Below, piece after piece: positions 7,011 to 17,638 of a DNA stretch of 51,045 bases. Below the pieces are notes generated by a model, which saw nothing but the letters and a program-made list of their open reading frames with translations, made no database searches and had not been told where the DNA came from. Origin of the DNA: an uncultured Methanosarcinales archaeon (GTDB taxonomy: Archaea > Nanobdellota > Nanobdellia > Woesearchaeales > 21-14-0-10-32-9); contig CAZJQL010000005.1 in NCBI GenBank assembly GCA_964548665.1, positions 1 to 51,045 on the forward strand, given 5' to 3'. A program made the position numbers and the translations under genes. Numbering within the stretch: the stretch's first letter is position 1; the number at the start of each line of letters is the position of its first letter.

Positions 7011-9980
7011 TCATTTTTTAGATTTTTTTGCTTTGCTTAATTTTTCTAGTTTGCTAAATACGTCTGAATCTTTTTTTTCTGATAATTCTATGTATTCTTT
7101 GTTTTCTTTATTTATAAGAGGTTCTGGTTTTTCTTTTGTTGATTCTTTTTGCAACTTAGGTTTATCTTGTTTTTCTGTTTTTACTTCCTCTTTTACAGGC
7201 GATTTATTTGCAGATTCTCCGAATTCATCGAAGATTCTTTTTCTGTCTGATTTTTTAGATATTTCTGAATCTTTTTTGTTTCTTTGTCTTAATCTTATTT
7301 GTTCAGGAGTTAATTTTTTTATGTCTAGTATTGATTCTGGTTCCGGGATGTCTTCTCCTGCAGGAGCATCATCATACATTTTTTCTTTTTTTGTTGAGGT
7401 ATTTTCTCCTAGAATATTGTTTAAAAGATTGTCTCTTATGTATGGATAAGCAAGCATTCCTAATCCTCCAAGTAATAATAATGAGCCAGATATTATGAAT
7501 ATTAGGCCTGTTGTGCCGATTCCATCTTTTGTAGATGCTGGTGGTTGTTGAGGTTGAGCTACAGCGCATCTTTTATCCGATCCGCAATAACCTGATGTGC
7601 AGTCAGCGTTAGCAAGACACATTATTCCTAATTCGCATTTTTGACATAATGGTCCTCCGCAATCTGTTCCTGTTTCTGCACCATCTTTTTTGTTGTTCTC
7701 GCATGATGCTTGGTCGCATTTGTTGTTATTACAATTTCTGGATGAGCAGTCTGAATCCAAAATGCATGTTTCTCCTAGTTCGCACGCGGGGCAAACAGAA
7801 CCTCCGCAATCTTTGAAAGTTTCAAGACCATTTTTTATATTATCTGAACAGCTTGCTTCTTTGCAAATTCCTTGGTGACAATAGTTAGATGTGCAATCAG
7901 AATTTATTGAACAAGTTGAGTTTAAACCGCAAGCAGGGCAATTTCCTCCACAATCGATAGCTGTTTCATTTATGTCTTTTATGTCGTTATAGCAGTATAA
8001 TGGATAGTTTACTTCATAAAGTTTTGAAATGCTTTTATTATTGTTGTTATTATCAAACACTGCTAAGCACAATCTGGTTGAGTTAGATAGTACTATTGGA
8101 TCAAGTAAATTCTTTGTGAATGCAAATGAGCAAGAGGCGTTTGCTTCTATGTGTGTGCTGTATTTGAATTCTCCTTTACAACCGCTTTCATAGTCCGTAC
8201 AATTTACACGGATAGTCCATTCTTTTGTCGCGGTATTTTTTGACTCGTTCAATATTATTTGAGGAGGAGTTTTATCGCATACTAGAAGAGATGAGTTTGT
8301 TACCATTACTTTTTGGCTTGTTTTTTCTTGACCTAGGTTTCCCGCACTATCTTGTGGCTTTGCTTTTACAGTAAAATTATAACCCTCTAGTCCTTGCGGT
8401 ATTTGTTTTGATAATTTAACAATAGATGAAGATCCTGCATTTACTATTCCCACTATATCATTTATTATTTTTCCATCGAAAGATATATTATAATGCACAA
8501 AGGCAGGTCCTGATCCATTCTTGGGGTCAGTTACATTAAATTCTAATTCTATTTTGGATACAGAACAAGTTTGTGGATCCGCAATAATATTTAGATCTGG
8601 AGGAGTGATGTCTACTTTGAAATTTTTTTGAACTGTTTGAGCAAATCCTGTACAGTTGACATATATTTTGTGATCTCCTTCAGGGGCTGTATCTGATGCA
8701 GATAATACAACTCTTCCGGCTATGAATCCTCCAGTATTTTGGAGTGGCTTGTATGTTGTTGAATTATCTAAGATATAATCACAGAGAGTGTACTGATTAA
8801 CGACGCTTCCTGTTATGTTTACGTTTGTAGAATTCAAAAAAGCAGGTGGCTTATTTTCTAAGAATTGGAAGCTCTCCGTTATATCCAGATTTGCATTTAT
8901 AGTGTATGTTTGAGATGATTTTACGTTTGCAAGATTCTCGCAAGTAATATTCAAAGTGTAGTTATAATTAGAAGGATCTGAAAATACTGTAACTATTTCT
9001 GAATAATTTTTTGTGAAGTTATTGAATGAATTGAAGGTGGTTTGTGCTCCTCTTAGAAATGATAATTCTCCTTGACCTGCTCTAGAGCCCACGTGGTTTG
9101 TGTGAATTATGTTACATACTGATAAATCGCTTGTTGTTATTGATAAATTTGTTTTTCTTTGTTCGTAAGATATTATTGGTTGAGGATCTGAAGATGGATT
9201 TATGACTGGAGGAGTTGAATCCACTGCAACGAATAGTGTTTTGTATGAGTATCTTTCACTTTCTGTTTCATTACATATAACGTATATTGGTAATAGTGTT
9301 CCTTTGGTTGTATCATATCCTGATTGTATGTCATTTATGTCGAAGCTTGCTAAATAATTCTTTTTTTCATTAGATAAATTGTGATTGAATGAAAATGGAA
9401 AATCTATGTAATTTTGTTTTAAAGTTTTATCTCCTGCAGCTACTGTTCTCGAGTATTTGCACATTGAGTTTCTGCTTGATTCTATTTCCATGTAGAAATT
9501 ATTTGTTGTCGAGACTGCGAAGTCTGGTTTTTCAACATGATTGTTTGTTGGTTTAGATACCCATATAGGCATGGCTGATACGTTTACTTTAAATTTTACA
9601 ACAGTTATTGCAACGACTCCTTTGTTGTTTGTTGAATTTATTATGAACTCATATACTCCGTCGTCTAGATGTGCATTTGCTGTATAATTGTATTTGTTGT
9701 TTCCTAAGCTGTATTGAGTTAGATTATAATCCGGAATTCCTGCAGGAACTTGTCCTTGTAAATCTTCAATATATACTAACGTTGCACTCTCTATGTTCAT
9801 TGATTCCCAGAATTGGACTACTATTGTAGGAATCGTTGTATTAAAAAATCCTGGTTTTATTTCTTCACAAAGCCACCAGTCATCATCTTGCAGATTACAA
9901 GTTATTTCTGCTGAAGTTAGTGATGTGCTAATTGTTAGAAATAGAAATGACAGTATTATAAAAAAAAATGCTTTTTTCAT
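7011..9980 (-). CDS. Large membrane-anchored surface protein: Ig-like domains, Cys-rich repeats, C-terminal TM and charged tail, 989 aa
   Basis: Sec-type signal peptide; D-x-T-P-P Ig-like boundaries; three ET..DCGG..C repeats; TM GLIFIISGSLLLLGGLGMLAY; K/E-rich tail. Confidence 0.75.
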   Translation of the reverse strand: MKKAFFFIILSFLFLTISTSLTSAEITCNLQDDDWWLCEEIKPGFFNTTIPTIVVQFWESMNIESATLVYIEDLQGQVPAGIPDYNLTQYSLGNNKYNYTANAHLDDGVYEFIINSTNNKGVVAITVVKFKVNVSAMPIWVSKPTNNHVEKPDFAVSTTNNFYMEIESSRNSMCKYSRTVAAGDKTLKQNYIDFPFSFNHNLSNEKKNYLASFDINDIQSGYDTTKGTLLPIYVICNETESERYSYKTLFVAVDSTPPVINPSSDPQPIISYEQRKTNLSITTSDLSVCNIIHTNHVGSRAGQGELSFLRGAQTTFNSFNNFTKNYSEIVTVFSDPSNYNYTLNITCENLANVKSSQTYTINANLDITESFQFLENKPPAFLNSTNVNITGSVVNQYTLCDYILDNSTTYKPLQNTGGFIAGRVVLSASDTAPEGDHKIYVNCTGFAQTVQKNFKVDITPPDLNIIADPQTCSVSKIELEFNVTDPKNGSGPAFVHYNISFDGKIINDIVGIVNAGSSSIVKLSKQIPQGLEGYNFTVKAKPQDSAGNLGQEKTSQKVMVTNSSLLVCDKTPPQIILNESKNTATKEWTIRVNCTDYESGCKGEFKYSTHIEANASCSFAFTKNLLDPIVLSNSTRLCLAVFDNNNNNKSISKLYEVNYPLYCYNDIKDINETAIDCGGNCPACGLNSTCSINSDCTSNYCHQGICKEASCSDNIKNGLETFKDCGGSVCPACELGETCILDSDCSSRNCNNNKCDQASCENNKKDGAETGTDCGGPLCQKCELGIMCLANADCTSGYCGSDKRCAVAQPQQPPASTKDGIGTTGLIFIISGSLLLLGGLGMLAYPYIRDNLLNNILGENTSTKKEKMYDDAPAGEDIPEPESILDIKKLTPEQIRLRQRNKKDSEISKKSDRKRIFDEFGESANKSPVKEEVKTEKQDKPKLQKESTKEKPEPLINKENKEYIELSEKKDSDVFSKLEKLSKAKKSKK
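7566..7994 (-). repeat. Three tandem ~49-aa Cys-rich protein repeats
   Basis: C.N..K...ET..DCGG..C..C.L...C....DC.S..C....C occurs three times. Confidence 0.8.
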
Positions 9981-10000
9981 TTTTATTAGTCACGCTCTTT

Positions 10001-13000
10001 TTATGTACAAAGCGAAGAGTTTGTAGGATCGCATATTGTTACATTTGGTGGTATGAAAGTCAGATTTCTTAAATTTAAAAACACTGACTGATTTGTCTTC
10101 GTATTATTTCCTAAATCTTTTAGTGTTACGTTCAGGTATGTTTTTGCATTAACTAATGGTGCTTTGAATTCTTTTACAATGCCTGATTCAACTATTTGGA
10201 AGTTTGATGCTGTTAAAACTGTGTTATTTGGATGCATTAATACTAAGCTATAATTTACTTTTGTACATCCGAATGCGTAGTTTGTTGGATATATTCCACT
10301 AAGCAATGGATGATCGTCATCACAAATTAATTTTAGTGAAACCGTTTCTGCAGATGCAGAGTTATTATACTCTTGTCCTGTGTTTTGATCTATTAATTTT
10401 AGTTTTGGTGAGGAGTTATCTACAGCAAAATAAGCCATATCTCCATAGTTGCCTACAAAAGTTCTCGATGGGTTTTGGAATGCACAACCTGTATAGAAGA
10501 AATGTAATCCTTCCACATTAATATTGACCGAGGATGAATGAGTATTACCTCCTGTGCTTGAAAATCTAGTCCATATTCCTGTAACCGGAGGAGCGGTCGG
10601 GTCTGGAGGAGGCACATAGGTAGGGCTATTCGTGTAATAACAAGTAGCAGTATCTGTTGTTTCTATTGATATTTGTATGTTTCCTGGTCTGTATGTTGTT
10701 CCTCTTGGTCGAGGATTTTTTATTGTTGTGTCTGCTTCTATGTTTATTTGTTTCGTAATTTCTTTTCTTTGTAAGTATTGATCAACACAAACAGCTTTTG
10801 CAGAGTATGTTCCGTCTACAAGATTATTATATTGCCAAATTAGGTCAGGAGTTGTTTTTGTTGCATCGCCTGTGAATTTTTGTGCAAGATTATTTGTTAA
10901 GGTTAAATTTAATGTACAAGTTAGTGGTTTGTTGTAATTAACATAGAGCGTTATGTTGGTTAAGTATTGGTCTGATTGTAAATCATACCTTGATATATTA
11001 GTGTAAGTTAGTGTTACTGAAGATAAGTCTTGTGCTAATTCAAAATAGATTGTTTTTACTTCCTCCAGGTTTTTATTTTCATCTTCACTGTAATAGTATA
11101 AAGCATATTTTCCTCGAGTTAAATCATTTATTTCGTCTATTAGTTGTGTTCTGGTTTTCGTTGGATAAATAAAATCATAGTACGGTGAAGCTCCCTGTAC
11201 TTCTTCAAATCCTTGAATCATGGAGAAATATGTTTTGTCTTTGTCAATATTTTCATTAGCTATTGCGATTAAATTTGATAATTGTGTTTTTGAATAAATG
11301 CTATTATTTACAAATGGCTGATCTAATATAAACAACGTTGTGTTTGGAGCTGTAAAATCGAGTAAGCAATTTATGTCTTTTCCTTTTTGAGATGATGCTC
11401 TTCCACAATCAGATATTAAGTCAGGAGTCGGTTTTTTGCTAGATAAATCTGAATCTTTTATGCAACTTATTCCGGTCCAGACGCATCTTCCTAAACCATA
11501 AGTATCATTACTATTTTTATTTACAACATGATTATTTCCTGTTCTACCATCTTGACCATATATTATGTTCGCGCTGAAATTAGTTTTTGAACCGCCTATG
11601 CATTGTGCTTCATTATCATATGTTTCACAACTTACATATTCTACATTCATGCATGTCGAATTATCTGTAGCGTATTGTGATGTTTTTTCATTATAATGAC
11701 ATTTTCCTTGATCTCCGAATAAAGAGCATATTTCTTGAGGACAATAATTTCCTAATACTCCGTTTTGTCCGCATTTTGTACAATCTTGCTCTTCAACATC
11801 TTGAGGTATGCATACTCCGAGACCTAGTTCATTTACTGATGTGAAATTCACCCATTTGCAATTTTCTGCAGCAACTATGTCGCAAGGATTGTTTGAACTA
11901 CCTGAACAAGAATCTTGAGTCAAGTAGTCATAGCAAGATTTTACCTCAGTACAAGATTTAGTGTCTCCTTTTATTGTTCTGTTTTGTGAATAGTCATCCG
12001 TATAGCAAGCAAAGTCACTTAATGCATCATCGCAAAAGTCATAATTTGTTGAGAACAAAGCATAATCGCTTACAAATAATCCGAATGGCCCGTTGCACAT
12101 TTCACATATTTGGGGAAGTTGACATTCATAAATAGGCTGTGTTGGATCTCCTCCTGGACCATAACATCCTTGACAAGATTGATGTCCAGTGTATTGTCCT
12201 TCTTCGTTACAGTATCCTAATTCTGTTTGGCCATTACAAAAGTATGATCCATCCCAGGGTTTTCCTACACAAGTAGTGTTAGCTAGTTCAGCGCACACTA
12301 ATCCTGATGAACTTATTGTGAATTGAGAAGTTCCGGCCACTATGTTTGCTGAAACATTATAACAATATTTTCCTTTGTCTGTTATTGAAAAAGAATCTAA
12401 ATAGCTTATTGCATTTCCTGGAAGATTTGCTATTATTGCTTGAGAGCTAGTACATTTATTATTTGAGTCTCCTTTGCATCGTCTTACAGTTATGGTAGAA
12501 GAGTCACAGTAATCAGGAGTTTCCCAAGATACTTTAATTAATTTTTGGGTTTCATTTGGAAATGCTTTAGCTTCAGCGTTTATTATTTTGTCAGTTTCTG
12601 TGCATTGTTGTTGACATATTTCTGCATTAGCACACGTTGTACATGAGCAAAGATTAGAGTTGGTGCATTCTGATATGTCTGACGGGCAACTATAACATCC
12701 GTCCGTATTTATTTTACACCCGTCGGTGCATGCTAGTGCTCCTCCTATAAAATTAGTTCCTGTTGCAGGATTAGTGAAGCTTGTACAACTTAGAGCTCCC
12801 AATCCTAGTAGTGGATCGCATTGTTCTCCCGCTGTTGTATTTAAAATTCCGTCAACGATGCAAGTTAGGACAGGATCTTGTAAACATGGCAAGTAGTCTG
12901 CTGGTTTTGGGGGCGTTCCTGATGTACATTCAGGATTTGTTTGCACTATGTTAAATCTTCTTCCACATTGTTTGTCTGGAAATTCCCAATCCCAAGTCCA

Positions 13001-13639
13001 TTGTTGTACACAAGCAGGTGGTTGTTGTTGTCCTGATTCATTTGTGCAAGGCAATTGTAAGTTTATAATTGTAGGATCTTCTGCATTTTCAGGAAGATTT
13101 ACCTCGCGGGTTATCGTGCATGATGAATTTTGAATAGAAGTTGCTTTGAATGAATAAACTTGTCCTGCGATTAGATTCGTAGAATAGTTACCTGTTTGTT
13201 GTGATTGAACTGATTTTATGTATCTTAGACCGCCTGTTTCTTGAACACTTATCTCTATGTTTGTTCTTGCTGGTTGAGAATTGTTAAACGTTGTTGTACC
13301 TTTTACTACCATTGCTAAGTCTGAACAAACTGAAGGATCTGAAACACCAGGAAGGAATACTGCTTCAGCACATTGAATTTTAGTCATTTTAGTAGGGTCT
13401 TGTTCAGTACAACATATTCCTTCTAGAGTACATTGCTCTATTTGAGTACAGTCAACGCTTTGATTATAGACACCGTTTAGATCTTCACATAATTCTTGAG
13501 TTACACTTTGACAACCTTGACCCTGAATAAGGCAACATGCAGCAAGTGTTTGTTGCGAGAATAGGATTATTGCGAATAAAAAAGTGAATAATAACAGCAA
13601 ATTTTTTGTTGTTTTCTGTGTTTTTAAACTGACACCCAT
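10001..13639 (-). CDS. Giant secreted Cys-rich protein with FN3/Ig-like domains, 1212 aa
   Basis: Signal peptide; N-terminal ACC/GICC Cys repeats; GEQCD motif; FN3-like KVSWETP...YLDS...KYCYNVSA. Confidence 0.7.
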   Translation of the reverse strand: MGVSLKTQKTTKNLLLLFTFLFAIILFSQQTLAACCLIQGQGCQSVTQELCEDLNGVYNQSVDCTQIEQCTLEGICCTEQDPTKMTKIQCAEAVFLPGVSDPSVCSDLAMVVKGTTTFNNSQPARTNIEISVQETGGLRYIKSVQSQQTGNYSTNLIAGQVYSFKATSIQNSSCTITREVNLPENAEDPTIINLQLPCTNESGQQQPPACVQQWTWDWEFPDKQCGRRFNIVQTNPECTSGTPPKPADYLPCLQDPVLTCIVDGILNTTAGEQCDPLLGLGALSCTSFTNPATGTNFIGGALACTDGCKINTDGCYSCPSDISECTNSNLCSCTTCANAEICQQQCTETDKIINAEAKAFPNETQKLIKVSWETPDYCDSSTITVRRCKGDSNNKCTSSQAIIANLPGNAISYLDSFSITDKGKYCYNVSANIVAGTSQFTISSSGLVCAELANTTCVGKPWDGSYFCNGQTELGYCNEEGQYTGHQSCQGCYGPGGDPTQPIYECQLPQICEMCNGPFGLFVSDYALFSTNYDFCDDALSDFACYTDDYSQNRTIKGDTKSCTEVKSCYDYLTQDSCSGSSNNPCDIVAAENCKWVNFTSVNELGLGVCIPQDVEEQDCTKCGQNGVLGNYCPQEICSLFGDQGKCHYNEKTSQYATDNSTCMNVEYVSCETYDNEAQCIGGSKTNFSANIIYGQDGRTGNNHVVNKNSNDTYGLGRCVWTGISCIKDSDLSSKKPTPDLISDCGRASSQKGKDINCLLDFTAPNTTLFILDQPFVNNSIYSKTQLSNLIAIANENIDKDKTYFSMIQGFEEVQGASPYYDFIYPTKTRTQLIDEINDLTRGKYALYYYSEDENKNLEEVKTIYFELAQDLSSVTLTYTNISRYDLQSDQYLTNITLYVNYNKPLTCTLNLTLTNNLAQKFTGDATKTTPDLIWQYNNLVDGTYSAKAVCVDQYLQRKEITKQINIEADTTIKNPRPRGTTYRPGNIQISIETTDTATCYYTNSPTYVPPPDPTAPPVTGIWTRFSSTGGNTHSSSVNINVEGLHFFYTGCAFQNPSRTFVGNYGDMAYFAVDNSSPKLKLIDQNTGQEYNNSASAETVSLKLICDDDHPLLSGIYPTNYAFGCTKVNYSLVLMHPNNTVLTASNFQIVESGIVKEFKAPLVNAKTYLNVTLKDLGNNTKTNQSVFLNLRNLTFIPPNVTICDPTNSSLCT

Positions 13640-13700
13640 AAAGTTCCCCTTTTTACGTCTTTAATTTGAGTTAATTCTTTATAAATATTTTGTTATCTGC

Positions 13701-16682
13701 TTATGAGCTTGATCCTGTGCATGTTCCCCAGCCAGTATTGGGGTTGCATGTTGCTGTTTGTCCTTGACCACAAGGGAAAGGTGTTCTTGTTAAACTGCAA
13801 TTTCCTGTTTGTGTGCAAGACGCAGTTGTTCCCCACAGGCAATATTTCACACCACTTTCTGTGTACTCTCCTTTTGCGCAGTATTGTCCTTGTTGGTATG
13901 ATGCTCCTGAAGATGAACAAGATAAGCCATAATAACAAGTGTTGTTTGAAAAAGGAGGATTTGGCTGATTTGAAGTGTATAAACAGAATTGATTTGAAGA
14001 AGCTGTTTTTGTACAAGGCATTTGTTGGTTTGTTTGAAATGTACATGATCCCGGATTATTGCAACTTGATTTACAAGTTGGTGATCCTATGCTCCATTCA
14101 AAAGTTTTTGTTGAGTCGCATTCTGCACCACATTGATTTATTGAGCATTGACAATTTGCAGCTAGAGTTCCATCACATTGTCCCGATCCGTCGCAAGTTG
14201 CAGTACACAAATTTTTACCTCCTGTCGCCCCATATCCATTTAGCCCCATATTTGAGCAAATTGGTTGAGTGTTGCATATTCCTGTACCTGAACCAAATGT
14301 TGTTTCAAATGTTTGTCCTTGTGGATAATTTACACAAGATAAAGTGTTGTTCTGATAAGTCTCTGGTGGACCTACACATAATTCATTAACTCCATTTATC
14401 GGCGCACTAGCACAAGCTAAGCTAAGAGTTATTGTTCTCGTCATATCTCCTGCGCAGATGTTTCCTCTTTTTCCATCACAGTTTCTTGTAAACGTCATTT
14501 TGTATATGTCATTTTTATCTCCTCCAGAAGGATAAGAAGCTGGAGCAGGAGTTATTGTTCCCGATGCAGAGTATCCGCTTAATTTGTCTGCAGCAGTATA
14601 ATCTTGTGTTGCTTTTGATAAAAGCGTGTTAAATTCTCCATATGCTGTTCCGGTGAAGCAAGATGATGTTGACGTCGCTAATTGATATGAATTGAAATCT
14701 CCTATATTTCCTATACAACAAGAGTGATTTGCGTAGAAAGGATTTGATCCTAAATTATATGGAAATGCATTTGGGTTTGTTGAATTTCTGTGAGGCGCAC
14801 ATGCAGAAACGTTAATATCTTGTATGACTGGAAGAGAAGATACTGTTGTGCCTAGCGCAGGCATGTATTGTTCTACAATTAAACTTATTTGGTGCGGTGT
14901 TGCGTTGGATAAGTTTAGCTCTTTTATTGTTTTTATATTGTATTGATCAAAAGGGATTGTTAGATAGTTAACTGTTGTTTTGTTTTCAAATGCCAATATT
15001 ATTGAAGAACCGAATATATAAGTCGCTCTCCATAAATATCCTGTTATTGTTCCACCTCCTAACAATGATGCTTGGCTTCCATCACCAGAAATATTTATAG
15101 GGTCCTCTATTGTGAGTGTGTTGTCTGGCATTCCAGGGTACAAAGTTGGAATGGTTAAGTTCGCTCTTGGTAAATCAAAGACAAGTATGTTTATTGTTTG
15201 ATAATCTGTTAAGCCTGATTCATCTTGTACATAAATGGTTGTGTTGTGAAATCCTAAATCTGAAGAATTCGTCGTGTAATTAGCTATTCTCCCTGTTTGT
15301 ATGAATGCTTCGGATAATGACCAGTTTTTTGGTTGAATACTTATTTTTGTGCATTGTAAAACAGGAGGTGTTCCAACCATGCTGCAAGTATCATCCCATG
15401 TTTCCTTCCAACCAGAATATGTATAAGTCAAATATTTGTCATCGGGATCAATACCTGTCGGTTCCAAAGTTATTGTTTGATTCTCTGTTACAACTATATC
15501 AAAAAAATCATTGGGCGCTGTTTCGTGTATGTAGTCTAGTGCAGGTTTTCTATTTTTTATTGCAGTTATTAAAGATAATGATCTGTTTCCTATTTTTGAT
15601 AGATTATCTTCAACAACCAAGATTTTATCATATTTGTACAGACAATTATTGCACGAAGTAAAATTGAATGTTTTTACTGCAAATCTGTTTGAATCATATC
15701 CGTTAACATAAATATAATCTTGAGATAAATTAAAAAAAGGGTCTGAAGAGTCTTTTTTTAGAAGATTTAGAACGAAGTTGTGCAGAGAAACTATTTTTAG
15801 GTTTGACTTGAATTCGAAGTCTTGTTTTACTATTATGGGTTCTTTTCCTTTTAATTTTACTGAGAAAGGATATTGCATTTTTACTGAGAACGAGTCTCGA
15901 TCATACAATATTTTTATTTCTGGTTCATTTATTATTGTTATGTTGTGTCCTTCTTCTGTTTCGTAATGCGTGAAATTTATGCATTTTTGTACTTGTTCTT
16001 TTATTTGCATTTCTAGAAGATATTCTATTGATGAGTTTTTTTGCATTAGTTTGTTATTCTGACAAGGGCTTGAAGATATATTAGATATGCTCATCGAATT
16101 AGAACTTTGTATGTAACACAACGTAGTTATATTATTTAAGCCAAAAAATCCTGAATTTGCATATCCTTCATTTGCATTAAATAAACATAAATTTGATGTT
16201 CTATCTTCATAAATATTTTCTAATAATTCTAGTTTTGTTTTTGGCAAAGGATAATAAGGTATTGTTTCATTCACAAGGGGGCAAGAAGATTGATTTAGTA
16301 TTGAGTAGCTTACATTAACTTTTATTATTCTTGAATTGCCTTCGTTGCTTGGAACTGATATATTAAAAGGAATGTGTGTTTTTCCTTCCGAACTTGCAAC
16401 ATATGGTCCGTCTTGATAATCATAAAATACACCTCCTTGCAAAAATAATTGGTCTGCGGAATTAGTTGTTGCCGCATCCATGCAAGTATAAACATAATAA
16501 CTTATTGAACTTGATTTCAAATAGTCTTCTACTGCTGATTGAGCTTGTCTTTCTAAATTAGTATTAAGGACCATCCCTACAAAAAATATCACTAATCCAA
16601 ATGAAACTAATAACACGAATCCAAGAAGTACGAATACTGTTACTTGTGCTTTTTTGCCTCTTTTTTCTGACGACCCACCCAT
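13701..16682 (-). CDS. Giant class III signal peptide protein with Ig/PKD-like and Cys-rich C-terminal regions, 993 aa
   Basis: KKA/QVTVFVLLG; Ig-like DPDD...Y; PKD-like ISGDGS...ITGYLW; Cys-rich tail. Confidence 0.75.
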   Translation of the reverse strand: MGGSSEKRGKKAQVTVFVLLGFVLLVSFGLVIFFVGMVLNTNLERQAQSAVEDYLKSSSISYYVYTCMDAATTNSADQLFLQGGVFYDYQDGPYVASSEGKTHIPFNISVPSNEGNSRIIKVNVSYSILNQSSCPLVNETIPYYPLPKTKLELLENIYEDRTSNLCLFNANEGYANSGFFGLNNITTLCYIQSSNSMSISNISSSPCQNNKLMQKNSSIEYLLEMQIKEQVQKCINFTHYETEEGHNITIINEPEIKILYDRDSFSVKMQYPFSVKLKGKEPIIVKQDFEFKSNLKIVSLHNFVLNLLKKDSSDPFFNLSQDYIYVNGYDSNRFAVKTFNFTSCNNCLYKYDKILVVEDNLSKIGNRSLSLITAIKNRKPALDYIHETAPNDFFDIVVTENQTITLEPTGIDPDDKYLTYTYSGWKETWDDTCSMVGTPPVLQCTKISIQPKNWSLSEAFIQTGRIANYTTNSSDLGFHNTTIYVQDESGLTDYQTINILVFDLPRANLTIPTLYPGMPDNTLTIEDPINISGDGSQASLLGGGTITGYLWRATYIFGSSIILAFENKTTVNYLTIPFDQYNIKTIKELNLSNATPHQISLIVEQYMPALGTTVSSLPVIQDINVSACAPHRNSTNPNAFPYNLGSNPFYANHSCCIGNIGDFNSYQLATSTSSCFTGTAYGEFNTLLSKATQDYTAADKLSGYSASGTITPAPASYPSGGDKNDIYKMTFTRNCDGKRGNICAGDMTRTITLSLACASAPINGVNELCVGPPETYQNNTLSCVNYPQGQTFETTFGSGTGICNTQPICSNMGLNGYGATGGKNLCTATCDGSGQCDGTLAANCQCSINQCGAECDSTKTFEWSIGSPTCKSSCNNPGSCTFQTNQQMPCTKTASSNQFCLYTSNQPNPPFSNNTCYYGLSCSSSGASYQQGQYCAKGEYTESGVKYCLWGTTASCTQTGNCSLTRTPFPCGQGQTATCNPNTGWGTCTGSSS

Positions 16683-16706
16683 TATTTCAAAATAAGATTC
16701 TTTTAT

Positions 16707-16714
16707 TATTTAAA
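16707..16714 (-). promoter_or_regulatory. TATA box (TTTAAATA), probably giving a leaderless transcript
   Basis: About 25 nt upstream of ATG 16682; no RBS. Confidence 0.6.
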
Positions 16715-16724
16715 TGTATCAGAT

Positions 16725-17582
16725 TTATTTCATAACTACTGCTGCGAAGCTTATGAAGTTTTTGTAATCTTCATTCATGTCGGCTGTTGTGTAGTATTGT
16801 TCTAGTAGAACTTTTTTGGGTTTTAGTATTAAGAGTGCTAGTGTTATTCCTAAATAGTTTTGCGTGTTCATTGCGTGTTCATCTGCATATTTTAGGTATT
16901 CTAGTGGTTTGTCCTCACTTATTAGATCTAGTGCTCCTTTGTCTAGTTCGTAAACTTTTTTGTGTGCATCTTCTGAGAAGGGTATGTAATTATAATTTCT
17001 TCCGTAGCTTGTTATGTTTGTAGGTATTACTATTGCCGCGTTTTTTCCTGTTTCTATAAGCAATTCTTTTATGTCCACTGCTAGTTTTTTTAGTTCTGTT
17101 TTGTGGCTTATTAGTATTGGAAGTATTTTTAGAGGCGTTTTTGAGTGTTTGTATACGAATTGTAGTAGAGGTAGTTGTGATTCTACTGTGTCGTCTTCAT
17201 CAAATAATGCGTCTCTTTGTTTGAGGCTTGTTTTCTTTTCTAGTTCTCTTGCAAATGCTTGATCTACTCTTACTATTCCGTATGGTGTTTCATATGGTTC
17301 TATTGTGAATCCGTCTTGGTCTGTTTTGCTTTGTCCGATTATTAGTATTAGGTCAGGAGTATTTGTTTCTGATAGTGCTTTGTATGCCCATCCTGCGCAT
17401 GGTGCTGCTAAATCATAAGGATATTTTGGGACGATTATTCCTCTTACTTGGTCTTTTTTGTTAGCTGGAGCTACAGGAACATCTCCTGGTCCTCTTGGTG
17501 AGGAGAATGCTTCTATTAGTTGTTTGTCTATTAGTGTTGGTGCTGCGTGAAAGTATACTCCTGTTAGTCTTGGTTTTCTCAT
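16725..17582 (-). CDS. MEMO1 / AmmeMemoRadiSam protein B family homologue with degenerate metal site, 285 aa
   Basis: MRKP..G..F; GIIVP; YETPYG.V.VD; ESQLPLLQF; ILPILI; SYG..Y; C-terminal ISFAA. Confidence 0.8.
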   Translation of the reverse strand: MRKPRLTGVYFHAAPTLIDKQLIEAFSSPRGPGDVPVAPANKKDQVRGIIVPKYPYDLAAPCAGWAYKALSETNTPDLILIIGQSKTDQDGFTIEPYETPYGIVRVDQAFARELEKKTSLKQRDALFDEDDTVESQLPLLQFVYKHSKTPLKILPILISHKTELKKLAVDIKELLIETGKNAAIVIPTNITSYGRNYNYIPFSEDAHKKVYELDKGALDLISEDKPLEYLKYADEHAMNTQNYLGITLALLILKPKKVLLEQYYTTADMNEDYKNFISFAAVVMK

Positions 17583-17605
17583 GGTTTTATTGACATCGTT
17601 CAGAA

Positions 17606-17613
17606 TATTTAAA
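17606..17613 (-). promoter_or_regulatory. TATA box (TTTAAATA)
   Basis: AAAAG-TTTAAATA about 24 nt upstream of ATG 17582. Confidence 0.6.
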
Positions 17614-17638
17614 CTTTTAGGTTGCGGAACTAAAATAG

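Noticed and set aside
6865-7449. 194-aa Phe/Ser/Leu-rich + strand ORF
   Set aside because: Antisense shadow of the Lys/Glu-rich tail of the 989-aa protein
13693-14389. 228-aa + strand ORF and 117-aa alternative-frame ORF within the 993-aa gene
   Set aside because: Shadow ORFs almost wholly overlapping a well-supported gene; no motifs or RBS
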